A stretch of 64,000 nt of DNA from the IMG/VR virus record IMGVR_UViG_3300031521_000015, one strand, 5' to 3'. The DNA comes from a virus. Below, in pieces: positions 27,801 to 38,006 of this stretch. How positions within the stretch are numbered: position 1 is the stretch's first letter; each line of letters starts with the position of its first letter. The translations under genes and the position numbers were made by a program. The notes under the pieces are model-generated. The model saw only the letters and a program-made list of their open reading frames with translations, made no database searches and had not been told where the DNA came from.

Positions 27801-30627
27801 TAATACTCAAGCAAAAAATGATAATACAAATGCAGATAATGGTGCAAATACTCAAGCAAATGCAATAACAAAAGCAACAAAGGCTTATTCAGAATCAACT
27901 CAGGCAATAGCACAAGCACAATCTTATCTCGATAAACTTAATAAATCACAAGCAGTAACGCCTGCTTTAGTTAAACAAATGAGCAAAGCATATGGTACAG
28001 ATGTTACAGAAAGTTTAAATAGTGCTTCCACGGCACAAGAATATTTAACTGGCAAGATAAAAGAACAACAAACTGCACAACAGGATGCTTATTTAATAAT
28101 GAAACAGGACGACGAACAATTTTACCAAGACAAAATTAAAAACAATGAAGGATATGAAAATCAAATAAACTCATTTTTAAATAGTTTTGTTTCTGATAGT
28201 AATGGTGCATACAATGTTGACTTGTCCAATTATACTACATTAAACGGGCTCAAGAGTGGTGCTATGGGGGAATTGAGCATTGCTGTAGATAGTTGGATGA
28301 GTAAGTATGTAGATGTCACTGCGTCTGGATATAATGTAGATTATAATAATTTCACAAATTTGATTTCAGCAAAGTCAGAAATATTAAAACAATTTGCAGG
28401 ATCTATGGCTCAATTTTGGGACGATACTAGTCAAGCGTTTACTGAAGGTGCTTATGGTGGAATAGATTTATCTGGTGGAGCAAATAATGAACAATATGAA
28501 GATTTTACAAAAAAGGCTTCGGGAATATTAGCTACAGGAGATAAAATTAGAAGTGCTTATAAAGATTTGGATAAAATATATGCAGGTGGTGGACTGAATC
28601 TTGATAAATTTGGTGGAGGCATGGGAAATTCTGACTTCAGTGGTACGGGTAGCCCAAATAAAGGTTCGTCTGGGAAATCAGATGCCGAAAAAGAAGCCGA
28701 AAAAGCACAAAAATTAGCAGAAGAAATATCAAAATTAAAAAGTGAAATAGAACCTGACAGGTATCTAGATTTCAATAATGCAGTAAAACAAGCAGATAAT
28801 GAATTATCTTTAAATAAAACATTATTAGATTCATTAAAAGAAGGTAGCCCAGAATACCAACAAGCAGAGTTAAAAAATATAGAGATATATAAACAAAAAC
28901 AAACTGCTTTAAAAAGTTTAAATGATGAACAAAAAAAAGATGCAGAAGAGAAAAAAACAAAATTGGCTAATCTTGGCTTTGAGTTTGACGCCAATGGCAA
29001 ATTAATAAACAGCCAACAAAAATTATTATCTTTACAAGAACAAGTAAATTCAATGGGTGGTAATACAGAAGCTGATAAGCAAGCAAAAGAAGATGCAATA
29101 AAAAATCTTAAAGATATTAATGATGAAACTAAAAAATATATAGAGTTAGTCGGAGATAAAATTCCTAAAACTACTGCTGAATGGCAAGAGCAAGCTAATG
29201 AAATTTCTAAAGTTAACGAACAAATTAAGAAAGCCAACATAGATATTCTTAATAATGCGAAAGAAGAATTAGCACAAGATATTCTAAAAGACGCACAAGA
29301 AAAAGTTGATGAATTAAAAAAACAAGCAGATGAATCAAGAGAAGATGCAAAGCAATCGTTAGAAGATGAAAAGACAAGTAAATTAGCACTTTGGGACGAA
29401 AAGATTAAATCTAAACAAGCTGAATTAGATGCTATGAATGATGAAACGTCTGATAATGAAACTAAACTCAAGAAACTTAAAGTAGAGTTGGCTAACTTAC
29501 AAAGAGATAATTCTACAGAAGCACAAGGAAGAATACAAGATGTAAATACCCAGATTACCGATTTACAAAAAACTATTAAAAAAGATGCATTATCCAAAGA
29601 AATTGATAGTTTAAATAATCAAAAGCAAATTCAGAGCGATAATTACGATCAGCAACTAAGCGATTTAGAAAAAGCAAATAAAGAACAAGAAGCAGAAGAT
29701 GAAAAACATTATTCGGAGTTATTAAATGAGAAGAATGCCTATAATAAAGCTGAAAAAATGATTAATAAAAATCAACAAAGCGATATGTATGATTTATACT
29801 CAAAATATAGCGAAGATTATAAAAAGATGGGTGTAGATTTATCAACAAGCGTTGACGCTTCTTTGAAAAAAATAACTGAAGCTATTAGTAATTTAAACAA
29901 TGTTAAAATTAGAAACAATAATTCTAGTGATGGTGGAAACGGTGATGGTGAGTCATCATCAAACCATTATGAAAATACAACTAGTAGTGGAACGCATTAT
30001 ACTGATATAGGTTCTGGAATAATATCAGATCATCCATTAACCAATGATGAGATAAACACTATAAATAAAGGGTCAAGTGGTAGTTCTAGTTCAAGTAAAC
30101 CATCTACAACTGTTACTAATAGCAATGGTTCTACAACTACTACTCATAGTGATGGAACTAAAAGTTATAGTAACGGAGATTATACAGATTCCAATGGATA
30201 TTATCATACAGCTGGATATGATACAGGTGGAAGAACTCCAAGTAATATTGATTCTAATGGTAAAATAGGTATATTACATGCAAGTGAAAAGATATTAAAC
30301 GCCAAAGATACTGTTCAATTTGATAGTTCTATGTTGAAAATTGATGAAATTTATAATTCCCTTAAAGAGTCGGGGGCTTTACTTGGTCAGTTATCACAAT
30401 CATATTCTAATATTGGCAATTTAGCTATGCCAACACTAGGTATTGATTTGAATAAAATAGCAAATAGTGTTGTTAATAATAGCAATGCTGATAATAGTAG
30501 TTCTAGTAATATAAATATAAATAATAATTATCAAGTCGACGCTACTTCTGATTTTAATACAAAAAACTTTAGTAATAATCTAGATAAACAGTTAAAACAA
30601 ACATTGAGAAAATACGGAAAAATATAA
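24892..30627 (+). CDS. Tape measure protein (TP901-type core)
   Basis: 1911 aa coiled coil; LDSAMTNLKKVT..G..LKS.SLRI core; TM-like segments; C-terminal YDTGG..GILH..EKIL motif. Confidence 0.92.
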   Translation: MAYQNSISLGIKLQPTSEIQTELKTAIEQLNKNSSIDLKIDTTQVNKSLKEFSNTLDNINNKLKNGFNFQGVFNNQAIGVEVVTNKLKEEQKAIEQTENAMKTLSSTKMGNSDSNGNITETLKTVEQLQIGIGNTTKLTTDLATGLKTASNTENFQKLENIIDNLQSKLSKSSNNKFINESVITELQNRLNSINTNSADKEFKELQTTINNLGSSDSQIVRLQNTISKMESSLTSMKSKYGSLVGDSSSKSSLDAYISEIEKLKTLMASLQNGGTISGSKLASELNQGTEASRNLSNSVKNSSNALKLATTDSETFGQSIKRALSNTGLYLGTYQAVQMLSNSFRDAITYVVQLDSAMTNLKKVTQETNQTYSSFLNQAHDIAMEYGSQADKVVDATTSWAKTGESLKNATELAKNTMLLTKVGDIDSVAMAQQYMIAPLKAFQIEASKSITLIDKYNNISNNMATSTTDLGEALSKSASSMSTAGNTLDQTLAIISTAESQTKLGGDVVGQALKSVSLRIASFKDENGELIPKFEKQLSALGVTMRDTTTGQILPTFDILQQVGEKFKTMNTNDKLNVSELLGGKLQANVISSVLNNVDELNRAYSLAQNSSNSAMNEFKTYQQGVQYSIDQLKESISNMYKESMNSSSLKSFVDSLTIMVSTFGNLKTVIAVATTAFLLFKGQAITSAIASLGSYISTLFSVVKAEGALTVATAELDIALSTNPFGLIAMAITGVIVVMDALTTSQNNLKQSNAEYVQSLQTSNPNQGQELLNNYKKLESELSTLKQGTQEYKTKEEELATAQQSLISLYPQASSAIDENTGKKKLNADATQKLIDKDKELAQAKAIETLSNNKVGNTDDVAKMVEAYKKAQEEMKRLTEDYNNGVTSQEVISIGANGPHKSSVSTDSQLKDTTKEYEDYKQKILAVQSALSSLDSKNTKFAGSLDEVNNAMGNSSEKTDDNTKVINDNTQAKNDNTNADNGANTQANAITKATKAYSESTQAIAQAQSYLDKLNKSQAVTPALVKQMSKAYGTDVTESLNSASTAQEYLTGKIKEQQTAQQDAYLIMKQDDEQFYQDKIKNNEGYENQINSFLNSFVSDSNGAYNVDLSNYTTLNGLKSGAMGELSIAVDSWMSKYVDVTASGYNVDYNNFTNLISAKSEILKQFAGSMAQFWDDTSQAFTEGAYGGIDLSGGANNEQYEDFTKKASGILATGDKIRSAYKDLDKIYAGGGLNLDKFGGGMGNSDFSGTGSPNKGSSGKSDAEKEAEKAQKLAEEISKLKSEIEPDRYLDFNNAVKQADNELSLNKTLLDSLKEGSPEYQQAELKNIEIYKQKQTALKSLNDEQKKDAEEKKTKLANLGFEFDANGKLINSQQKLLSLQEQVNSMGGNTEADKQAKEDAIKNLKDINDETKKYIELVGDKIPKTTAEWQEQANEISKVNEQIKKANIDILNNAKEELAQDILKDAQEKVDELKKQADESREDAKQSLEDEKTSKLALWDEKIKSKQAELDAMNDETSDNETKLKKLKVELANLQRDNSTEAQGRIQDVNTQITDLQKTIKKDALSKEIDSLNNQKQIQSDNYDQQLSDLEKANKEQEAEDEKHYSELLNEKNAYNKAEKMINKNQQSDMYDLYSKYSEDYKKMGVDLSTSVDASLKKITEAISNLNNVKIRNNNSSDGGNGDGESSSNHYENTTSSGTHYTDIGSGIISDHPLTNDEINTINKGSSGSSSSSKPSTTVTNSNGSTTTTHSDGTKSYSNGDYTDSNGYYHTAGYDTGGRTPSNIDSNGKIGILHASEKILNAKDTVQFDSSMLKIDEIYNSLKESGALLGQLSQSYSNIGNLAMPTLGIDLNKIANSVVNNSNADNSSSSNININNNYQVDATSDFNTKNFSNNLDKQLKQTLRKYGKI

Positions 30628-30707
30628 AGAAATTTATTAAAACAATTATCTTATTTGTAATTTATTAGTTATAATTACTCTTAAAGTATGTTATAATATA
30701 TAGATAT

Positions 30708-30820
30708 GGAAGGATAGATTGAAAAGTCGCGAGTTCAATTGATAAGCTCTCTCCAATGAGTTTCCTTTCCTTTTATACATATTGGAGCAATAAATTAAAT
30801 TATATTGGAGGAATTTATTA
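30708..30820 (+). ncRNA. Structured 5' leader, copy D (palindromic loop TCGCGA)
   Basis: Follows TGtTATAAT 30689-30697. P1 30708-30714/30763-30770; P2 30717-30723/30734-30740; P3 30745-30749/30758-30762. CTCCAAT pairs with ATTGGAG 30781 or 30804 (SD). Confidence 0.8.
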
Positions 30821-32401
30821 ATGGAGAGAATTAGCCAAGAAAAGTATTTAGAAATTATAAATAAATTTAAAGAAGAAAATAAAGAAGATTATGAGAATAG
30901 TAAAATTAGAAAAGTATTTTTAGATATTTTACCACATGGAGGAAAAGGTAAAAAGGGAGGAAATATATCTAATAAATGTATTAATTGGGATTACTCAAAA
31001 AACTTCAAAATATATTTCATATACAAGGACAGAGAAGGATATATTAAAATTATTGATTATGAAAGAGATAAAAAGAATTATATATTAATAGAATTCAATG
31101 ATAAGGAAGATGAGGTTTTTACTTGTGATTTTCAAAGATGTAAAATAGGAAAAATATTAGGTAAAGCAACTGGAGATTTTAAAATAGAAATAGGAATGAT
31201 ATTTAAAGATAATAAAAGAAATATCACCATTACTGATGCAAAGAAAGATGAAAAAGGGCTAAAATATTATAAATATAAATGTAACGAGTGTGGGTTTGAA
31301 TGTGGCGAACATTATTCTACTAGAGATAAAATATATAAAGAAGAGTATTGGATAACAGAAGGAAATTTAAAAGATGGAAAAGGTTGTTCTTGTTGTTGTA
31401 GTTCATCACATATTGTAGTCAAAAATATTAATTCGATTGTTATTACTGATCCTTGGATGATACCTTATTTTCAAGGAGGATATGAGGAAGCTAAGAAATA
31501 TACTGCTAGAAGCAATGAAAACATAATACCGTTATGTCCTGACTGTGGAAAAGTAAAATCAAAGAAAATGAGGATAAATACAATTTATGAACATCATTCA
31601 ATAGCTTGTATTTGTAGTGATAAATTTCCCTATCCCGAAAAATTTGTTTTTAGTATTTTGATACAATTGGGGCTAGATTTTGAAACACAATTGAATAAAT
31701 CTTCGTTTAATTGGTGTAAAAAATACAAATATGATTTTTATTTTGAATATAACAATGAACAGTATATTGTAGAAACTCATGGTATGCAACATTATGAAGA
31801 AGGATTTACGCATTTAAAAGATTCTAGAATGCTTAAAGAAGAACAAGAAAATGATAGATTAAAGAAAGAATTAGCTTTAGCAAATGGTATTAAAGAAGAA
31901 AATTATATAGTGATAGATTGTAGGAAAAGTACATTAGAATGGATTAATAATAGTATATTAAACAATGAAAAGATGATAACTAAATTTGATTTGAGTAATA
32001 TTGATTGGATTCAATGTTCAGAATTTGCATGTATTAATTTAGTTAAAAAAGTTTGTGAAATTAAACATGACAACTGTGAAATGACAACTACAGATATAGG
32101 AAATATTCTTAACATAAAAGGTCAAACTGCGAGAAAATATTTAAAGCAAGGTTCTGAAATATGGGATTGGATTAATTATGATGCAAAAGAAGAAATGGAA
32201 AAAGCATTGGGTAAAAAAGTAGAAATATTTAAAGATGGAATAAGTTTAGGTGTTTTTAAGTCTATAATTGAATTAGAAAGACGAAGTTTAGAAATATTTG
32301 GAGTTAAATTATTTAATGCTAATATAGGGAAAGTTTGTCAAGGGATAAGTGGACATCATCATGGATTTACATTTAAATATATTGATTCGGAAATATATTA
32401 A
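30821..32401 (+). CDS. Free-standing putative homing endonuclease, paralogue of 14764 and 21932
   Basis: CxxC ribbons, KYDFY..IVETHGMQH, NUMOD1-like IGKVCQG..HHGFTFKY. Confidence 0.75.
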   Translation: MERISQEKYLEIINKFKEENKEDYENSKIRKVFLDILPHGGKGKKGGNISNKCINWDYSKNFKIYFIYKDREGYIKIIDYERDKKNYILIEFNDKEDEVFTCDFQRCKIGKILGKATGDFKIEIGMIFKDNKRNITITDAKKDEKGLKYYKYKCNECGFECGEHYSTRDKIYKEEYWITEGNLKDGKGCSCCCSSSHIVVKNINSIVITDPWMIPYFQGGYEEAKKYTARSNENIIPLCPDCGKVKSKKMRINTIYEHHSIACICSDKFPYPEKFVFSILIQLGLDFETQLNKSSFNWCKKYKYDFYFEYNNEQYIVETHGMQHYEEGFTHLKDSRMLKEEQENDRLKKELALANGIKEENYIVIDCRKSTLEWINNSILNNEKMITKFDLSNIDWIQCSEFACINLVKKVCEIKHDNCEMTTTDIGNILNIKGQTARKYLKQGSEIWDWINYDAKEEMEKALGKKVEIFKDGISLGVFKSIIELERRSLEIFGVKLFNANIGKVCQGISGHHHGFTFKYIDSEIY

Positions 32402-32445
32402 TGCAGTATAGTAAATGAATTAAAATCACAATATAACTTATTTTT

Positions 32446-32478
32446 AGAACCCATTTAAATATAATGGGTTCTTTTATT
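32446..32478 (+). terminator. Intrinsic terminator after cassette D
   Basis: AGAACCCATT/AATGGGTTCT plus T run. Confidence 0.75.
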
Positions 32479-32570
32479 ATGTAAAAAACAAAAACTAATT
32501 AAATAAGAAAGGAGGTGAACTTTAGTGAGGTCTGATATTTATAATATGCTATCTCACTAAAGTAATATAA

Positions 32571-33353
32571 TTGGCAGAATATGTATATCATGAAGATTTT
32601 CGATTAGGAGATAAAACTTTAAGTTATTTTAATGGAACAATAATTAATACCGAGGACACGAAAAAGAAATATAATCTCCTTCCCGAGATAGAACACATTA
32701 CAGATAAAGATTCTTCAAACAATGGAGAAAGATATATCAGAAGTAGATATCAACCAAGGACAATTCCTATTTCTGTAATATTTGAAGGAGATGTCGATTT
32801 AGAAGAATTAAATGCTTGGTTGGGAGTTAATAAACAACAAACATTTTCTTGGTGTGATGAACAATTTGTAGATAAAGAAATTGATGTAATATATGATAAA
32901 GGCTTTGATATGGAAGTTTATTATGGTAAAAAATTTTATGGAGAAGTTGAATTATCTTTTATAGCACACGACCCATTATGGAGAGTAACAAACGAAAAAG
33001 ATAAAATAATTACAAATCCTGCTATTGGTAATAAATATTATTTTAAAAACAAAGGTAATATTGAAAGTTTGCCTATTTTAAAAATAACTCCTAATGGTAC
33101 ACAATCAACAATAGTATTTACTTGGAATGACTTGATTATAACGTTAAAAAATATAGATAAAGATATATATATTGATTCAGAAGGACAGGTTTATTCATAT
33201 GTAAATGGAGTGCGAACATCTCAGATGGACAAATATTTTTCAAATGAATATTATGACATGCCGATATTACAACCTTTCATAAAAAATACATTTATTTTAA
33301 ATACGGGTTCAGTTTCTCAACTGTCAGTAACTTTAAATTCAAAAATATTATAG
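32571..33353 (+). CDS. Distal tail protein (Dit)
   Basis: First structural gene after tape measure; PRTIPI..ELNAWL, F.A.DP, N.GN..S.P motifs. Confidence 0.8.
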   Translation: MAEYVYHEDFRLGDKTLSYFNGTIINTEDTKKKYNLLPEIEHITDKDSSNNGERYIRSRYQPRTIPISVIFEGDVDLEELNAWLGVNKQQTFSWCDEQFVDKEIDVIYDKGFDMEVYYGKKFYGEVELSFIAHDPLWRVTNEKDKIITNPAIGNKYYFKNKGNIESLPILKITPNGTQSTIVFTWNDLIITLKNIDKDIYIDSEGQVYSYVNGVRTSQMDKYFSNEYYDMPILQPFIKNTFILNTGSVSQLSVTLNSKIL

Positions 33354-33368
33354 GAACGGGGTGGTTAA

Positions 33369-35024
33369 ATGAAAGCTATAAAAAGAAAAATATTATATCC
33401 CGTTTTAAAACTATATTCACCTAATAAACAACCACTAGCTATATTATCTAACAAAAATGTAAACCTTGCTTATGAAATAGTGAAGAAGAGTATATTAAAT
33501 GATGTAACAACTTTAACGTTTAAAATTCCATTTGATAATACAATAATAAGTTACGATAGTGCTGAAATGTTAGTAAAATTTGAAAATGATTTTTACATAA
33601 TAAAGACCGTAGAATTAAGTGATACAGATTCTAACACATTGAGTATAACTTGTGAAAGTGAGTTCACAGAAATTAAAGGTATTAGATGTCAAGCTCTAAC
33701 ATTGGATAATGCGTCAGGGAAAACACCAAAAGAATTATTTGATATTATAATAACATCTCCTTTAAATGTTGATTTAACAAGGTTATACAAATGGGGTGGA
33801 ACAGATATTACTGAAACATATAGATATATTGAAGCTGAATCTGGAACATCTGTATTTGAAAATCTATTAACATTGTGTGAGAAGTTTGATGGATGGATGG
33901 AGTTAACTACAGATTCAGATGGACAAAAGTGGGTATATTTGAGAAAAAATGCTATTGACAATGGTAAATTTATAAGAAAAGGACAAGGGCTAAAATCATT
34001 AGATATCACTTATGATAGTACAGGTATCTTTACTCGTTTACATGCTTATGGTGCAAGTGATGAAGATACAACAAACCCAATAAATATAACAAGTGTAAAT
34101 CCTACGGGGAAATTATATGTAGAAGACATTAGTTGGTTTAAGGCAAAAGGTATGACTACAGAAGAAATATATGTAACTCCAAGATGTGTACAAGAAACTG
34201 ATTATACAGATACAAATATTATAGATGTGAATACTTTATATCAAACAGCATTAGAACAATTGAAAAAAGTGAGTTTACCAGTACTTAGTGGGAAAATATC
34301 TATGAGCGATTTTTCGGTGTATGAGGATTCATCTTTAACCGAACCAGTTGTAGGGGAACAAGTTATCATTATAGATAAGGATATAGATTTTAATTTAACT
34401 GCACAAATAGAGTCTGTAGAAAGAAAATATACTGAAAACCCTTTTGATGTAACGGTAGAATTAACAAACGTCATAAAATACAGTAGTATATTAAAAGATT
34501 TACAAACAAGTTCTGATATAGTAAATAAAGTTACAACTACAACTACCAATGGAACTCCAGCAATAAACACTGCTTCACTAACAGGAAATATAGATGCAAG
34601 TCTGATTAAAACAGGTATTTTAAAGTCAATAAATGACTATTTTTTGTTGAATTTGACCGATGGAACGTTTAATTTTTTAAACAAACTATATTCAAATAAT
34701 GGTTTGATTAATGTCCCTACATTGCCAACTACAACAAGTGATAAACAAATTGCAAATACAGAATTTGTTACAAATAAATTAAATGAAAGACAAAATGTAA
34801 TTGTAGATACCATAACAACTACAATAACATCTGGTACAAGCAATATAACATTAAATATAACTGGTTTAGGAATGAATCCTATTATTATTACTAATGGAGA
34901 TTATTCATTAAATCAAGCACAAATTTTAGGGGTTAAAAATGTAAGTACGGATGTGGTTACAGTATATTATTCAAATGCAATAGATGGTAACTGTAAATTT
35001 AATTTTACATATAAAACAAATTAA
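33369..35024 (+). CDS. Tail tip/Tal protein (prophage tail endopeptidase family)
   Basis: Follows Dit; TLTFKIP, GLKSL..D...IFTRLHAYG motifs. Confidence 0.8.
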   Translation: MKAIKRKILYPVLKLYSPNKQPLAILSNKNVNLAYEIVKKSILNDVTTLTFKIPFDNTIISYDSAEMLVKFENDFYIIKTVELSDTDSNTLSITCESEFTEIKGIRCQALTLDNASGKTPKELFDIIITSPLNVDLTRLYKWGGTDITETYRYIEAESGTSVFENLLTLCEKFDGWMELTTDSDGQKWVYLRKNAIDNGKFIRKGQGLKSLDITYDSTGIFTRLHAYGASDEDTTNPINITSVNPTGKLYVEDISWFKAKGMTTEEIYVTPRCVQETDYTDTNIIDVNTLYQTALEQLKKVSLPVLSGKISMSDFSVYEDSSLTEPVVGEQVIIIDKDIDFNLTAQIESVERKYTENPFDVTVELTNVIKYSSILKDLQTSSDIVNKVTTTTTNGTPAINTASLTGNIDASLIKTGILKSINDYFLLNLTDGTFNFLNKLYSNNGLINVPTLPTTTSDKQIANTEFVTNKLNERQNVIVDTITTTITSGTSNITLNITGLGMNPIIITNGDYSLNQAQILGVKNVSTDVVTVYYSNAIDGNCKFNFTYKTN

Positions 35025-35047
35025 TATATGAAAGGGAAGGTGATAAA

Positions 35048-37195
35048 ATGTCAAATATTTTTACATGGGAAACACAGGATATAGACTTAAAAGAATGTAT
35101 AAAATTAAAAACTAATTGTCAACAAATGGACACAATGGTTTTACAATTTAATGTATATGACTATGATGTTCCAGTTGATTTAACTAATTTTAATATTACA
35201 TTTGTAGCTAAAAAACCAGACGGAACTATATATGGTCAAGTTGAAAATATAACTAAAGTTGGAAAACTATTAACTATAAATTGTAGTAACCAATTGTCAA
35301 CATCTACAGGAAAAGTTATTGGGATACTTGAACTTACAGATAATTTAGGAAATAGAAAATCTAGCTATTTTATAGTATTAAACGTTAGTGGGCTTGTGAA
35401 TGATGATGATAGAGTCGTTTCAAGAAACTTTGTTGATATTTTAGAACGATTTGATGATGATGTAAATATAGCAATGGCATTAAGTGCAAGTTTTAAAGCA
35501 GATATTCTTGAAGCACAAGCAATAGCTGATGATTTTGCAATAAAAGTACCACAAGCAAGTGCAGTAGATAACACATTGAATGATTCTATTGATGAAGCCA
35601 ATGCAATAGAATCTAGATTAAATCCCTTATATCAGAACTCAAAAGCAATAAGTGACAAATTAGATATATCTATTCCTAGTGCAACGACTATTAGGGATGA
35701 ATTAGACTCAGCAAAAATAAGTGCAAACATAGATAAAGATGATTTAATATCTGTAATAGCTAATGCTGATGTCGAATTACAAAAATTTAAAAATTATGAT
35801 ACAACTCAATTAGTACCACTTTCAAACACAATGCTAAATGAGACATATTGTAATAAAGAATTATTGTCTATCAATCATGGATTAAATGGATATCCAGTAG
35901 TTAAATTAACTTATACTGAATTTGGAGCTGGGGTAGGTGGTGCAGGTAACTTCCCTGCTGGAGCTGATAGCGATTGTAATTTAATGCAAAATAAAGCAAT
36001 ATATACAGATAATAATAATGTGACTATATTTGTACCTTTAAATTATTATATTGCAAGTCCAACAATAAATAAAATAAATGATTATAAATATATAGTAACT
36101 TTTTTAAACTCTACTAGAAGTGTTTTAATTGAATTAATAGAAGGAAGTATAGAAGAAGAAATTAAATCAATTAATGATAGTATAGTGTCAATTAATAATT
36201 CAATATCTGATTTAAACTATCAAACTGCACAAGGAACTGCAAACGAATTGGTACTAGTTATTAATAAGACTTTAACAAATGGATATCCATTAAAATTTAT
36301 AGCAAAATATAATAATAATGGGGCTTCAACGACTATAAATAATAAGCATTTTTATAAACCTAATGGTACTAATCCACCTGTTTTAGTACAAGGAAAGGCA
36401 TATGATATTTGGTATGATTTAGGTAATGATTGTTTTTTTCTAAAAGCTAATGCGGTAGGAAATACTATAGCGTCCCACGTATTAGCAGGAGACGGGTTTA
36501 GTACAGATATTGATACAGATTTAATAGGAACAATGCCTATCAACGGTACACTTTCTAAATTATTAAATTGTGGTGAAAGTTATAATCCCCCACTTGGATA
36601 TATAGATGGTGGAACAATTAGTGCAAATTCATTAGCTAGTCAAACTATCGCAAGTGCAACTGCTAATCAAATATTATATGGAATAACTGCATGGATAAAC
36701 GGAGTTAAAATAACAGGAAATATACCAAGTAAAACAGCACAAACTTATAAACCTTCAATATCAGATCAAGTAATTTCATCTGGGCAATATATCAGCGAAA
36801 CGCAAACCATAAAAGGATATACCGATTTAGTCAGTGCGAATATTGTAAAAGACAAGGTTATAGGAGACGTAGTGGGAAGTGCTACAATAGAAAGTTTGGG
36901 AGGTAAGCACTATGCTGAAGGCTCAATTTATGTAACACCAACAGGAGTAACTATACCTCTTAATTTTACTCCAAGAATTGTTATATTTAAGTATACTGAT
37001 CCTACTAATATTTTATGGACAAGTGAAGTAAGCGTATCAATTAATGGAGTTAATACTATATACGGTAGGGCTGATACTGCTGACCAGTATGAAATGTATA
37101 CAGATGCTAGTAATTTAGTGTTAAATGTAGCTAGTGTTGCTTTTAGAGCTAGAATTATAACTAATGTTACTTACAGTTACTATATTACGGAATAA
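35048..37195 (+). CDS. Baseplate upper protein (BppU-like N-terminus) / tail fibre
   Basis: PVDLT..ITF..KKPDG N-terminal motif; ATANQIL.G.TAWING..ITG fibre repeats. Confidence 0.75.
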   Translation: MSNIFTWETQDIDLKECIKLKTNCQQMDTMVLQFNVYDYDVPVDLTNFNITFVAKKPDGTIYGQVENITKVGKLLTINCSNQLSTSTGKVIGILELTDNLGNRKSSYFIVLNVSGLVNDDDRVVSRNFVDILERFDDDVNIAMALSASFKADILEAQAIADDFAIKVPQASAVDNTLNDSIDEANAIESRLNPLYQNSKAISDKLDISIPSATTIRDELDSAKISANIDKDDLISVIANADVELQKFKNYDTTQLVPLSNTMLNETYCNKELLSINHGLNGYPVVKLTYTEFGAGVGGAGNFPAGADSDCNLMQNKAIYTDNNNVTIFVPLNYYIASPTINKINDYKYIVTFLNSTRSVLIELIEGSIEEEIKSINDSIVSINNSISDLNYQTAQGTANELVLVINKTLTNGYPLKFIAKYNNNGASTTINNKHFYKPNGTNPPVLVQGKAYDIWYDLGNDCFFLKANAVGNTIASHVLAGDGFSTDIDTDLIGTMPINGTLSKLLNCGESYNPPLGYIDGGTISANSLASQTIASATANQILYGITAWINGVKITGNIPSKTAQTYKPSISDQVISSGQYISETQTIKGYTDLVSANIVKDKVIGDVVGSATIESLGGKHYAEGSIYVTPTGVTIPLNFTPRIVIFKYTDPTNILWTSEVSVSINGVNTIYGRADTADQYEMYTDASNLVLNVASVAFRARIITNVTYSYYITE

Positions 37196-37212
37196 TATGA
37201 GGAGGTTAAACT

Positions 37213-37632
37213 GTGAATGAAATAAAAGCAAAAATATATTATTTTATATCTACAGGAGAAATATTAACTATAACACCAGAAGGGACTTTAAGAGAAACAA
37301 CTAAAGAACAAGACATGGAAATATATGAACAATTAAAAGATAAAAATATAGATGAAATTGATTATATAGAATTAGAATATGGAACTTTAGCATCTATTTT
37401 TAATAATGTTAAATCATATTCGGTAGATGTAAAAACTAAGACTTTAAAATATGAATATTATACACAAGAAGAATTAGATACTAAAAAACAAAAACAAAAA
37501 GAGCAACAAATTATATTAGATAGGAAAAATACTATTTCTACATATGTCAATTTAGATACAACATCAATTGAGGATTTGGAAAAGTATTTTTTATTAAGAG
37601 AAAAAAATAAAACAATAGGAGGTATAAGATAA
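37213..37632 (+). CDS. Fibre-associated protein (XkdW-like position)
   Basis: GAGGAGG RBS; IYY...TGEIL motif; follows fibre gene. Confidence 0.6.
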   Translation: MNEIKAKIYYFISTGEILTITPEGTLRETTKEQDMEIYEQLKDKNIDEIDYIELEYGTLASIFNNVKSYSVDVKTKTLKYEYYTQEELDTKKQKQKEQQIILDRKNTISTYVNLDTTSIEDLEKYFLLREKNKTIGGIR

Positions 37633-37826
37633 TGGAAACATTAACTGAAATGCAGACATTGTTAGAAAGATTATTAACAAGTAGAATTAATGATGAAAAA
37701 TTAAAAATTGTTAGTGAACAAGATTTCACGGAAATAACAAATATAATAAATATATTTTTAGCAGACGCAAAAATTACTACGACTCAGTATGCGATTTTGA
37801 CTAAGTTAATTATTTTACCTTCTTAG
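37632..37826 (+). CDS. Small XkdX-like protein
   Basis: F....KIT..QY..LT ending; overlap with upstream stop. Confidence 0.55.
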   Translation: METLTEMQTLLERLLTSRINDEKLKIVSEQDFTEITNIINIFLADAKITTTQYAILTKLIILPS

Positions 37827-38006
37827 TAAATAAATTAAATAATAAGATAAAATATATAGACAATTTGAATAACTCCATTGGAGTCTTTTTTATTGTCTAA
37901 AATTAATAAAGTGAGACTTATAAATTAAGATTTTAGGTTTAAATCATAGTTTCTAAAAATTAAATAAGTAAATATAGAGAATACAGTATAGAAAGGACTG
38001 ATATAA

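Noticed and set aside
28557-29597. 346-aa minus-strand ORF and the many other short antisense ORFs in the track
   Set aside because: They lie opposite well-supported genes, lack RBSs and have shadow-frame composition.
29920-30270. Ser/Thr/Gly-rich stretch in the tape measure gene and overlapping ORF 30077..30268
   Set aside because: Low-complexity linker in the main frame; the overlapping ORF has no RBS.
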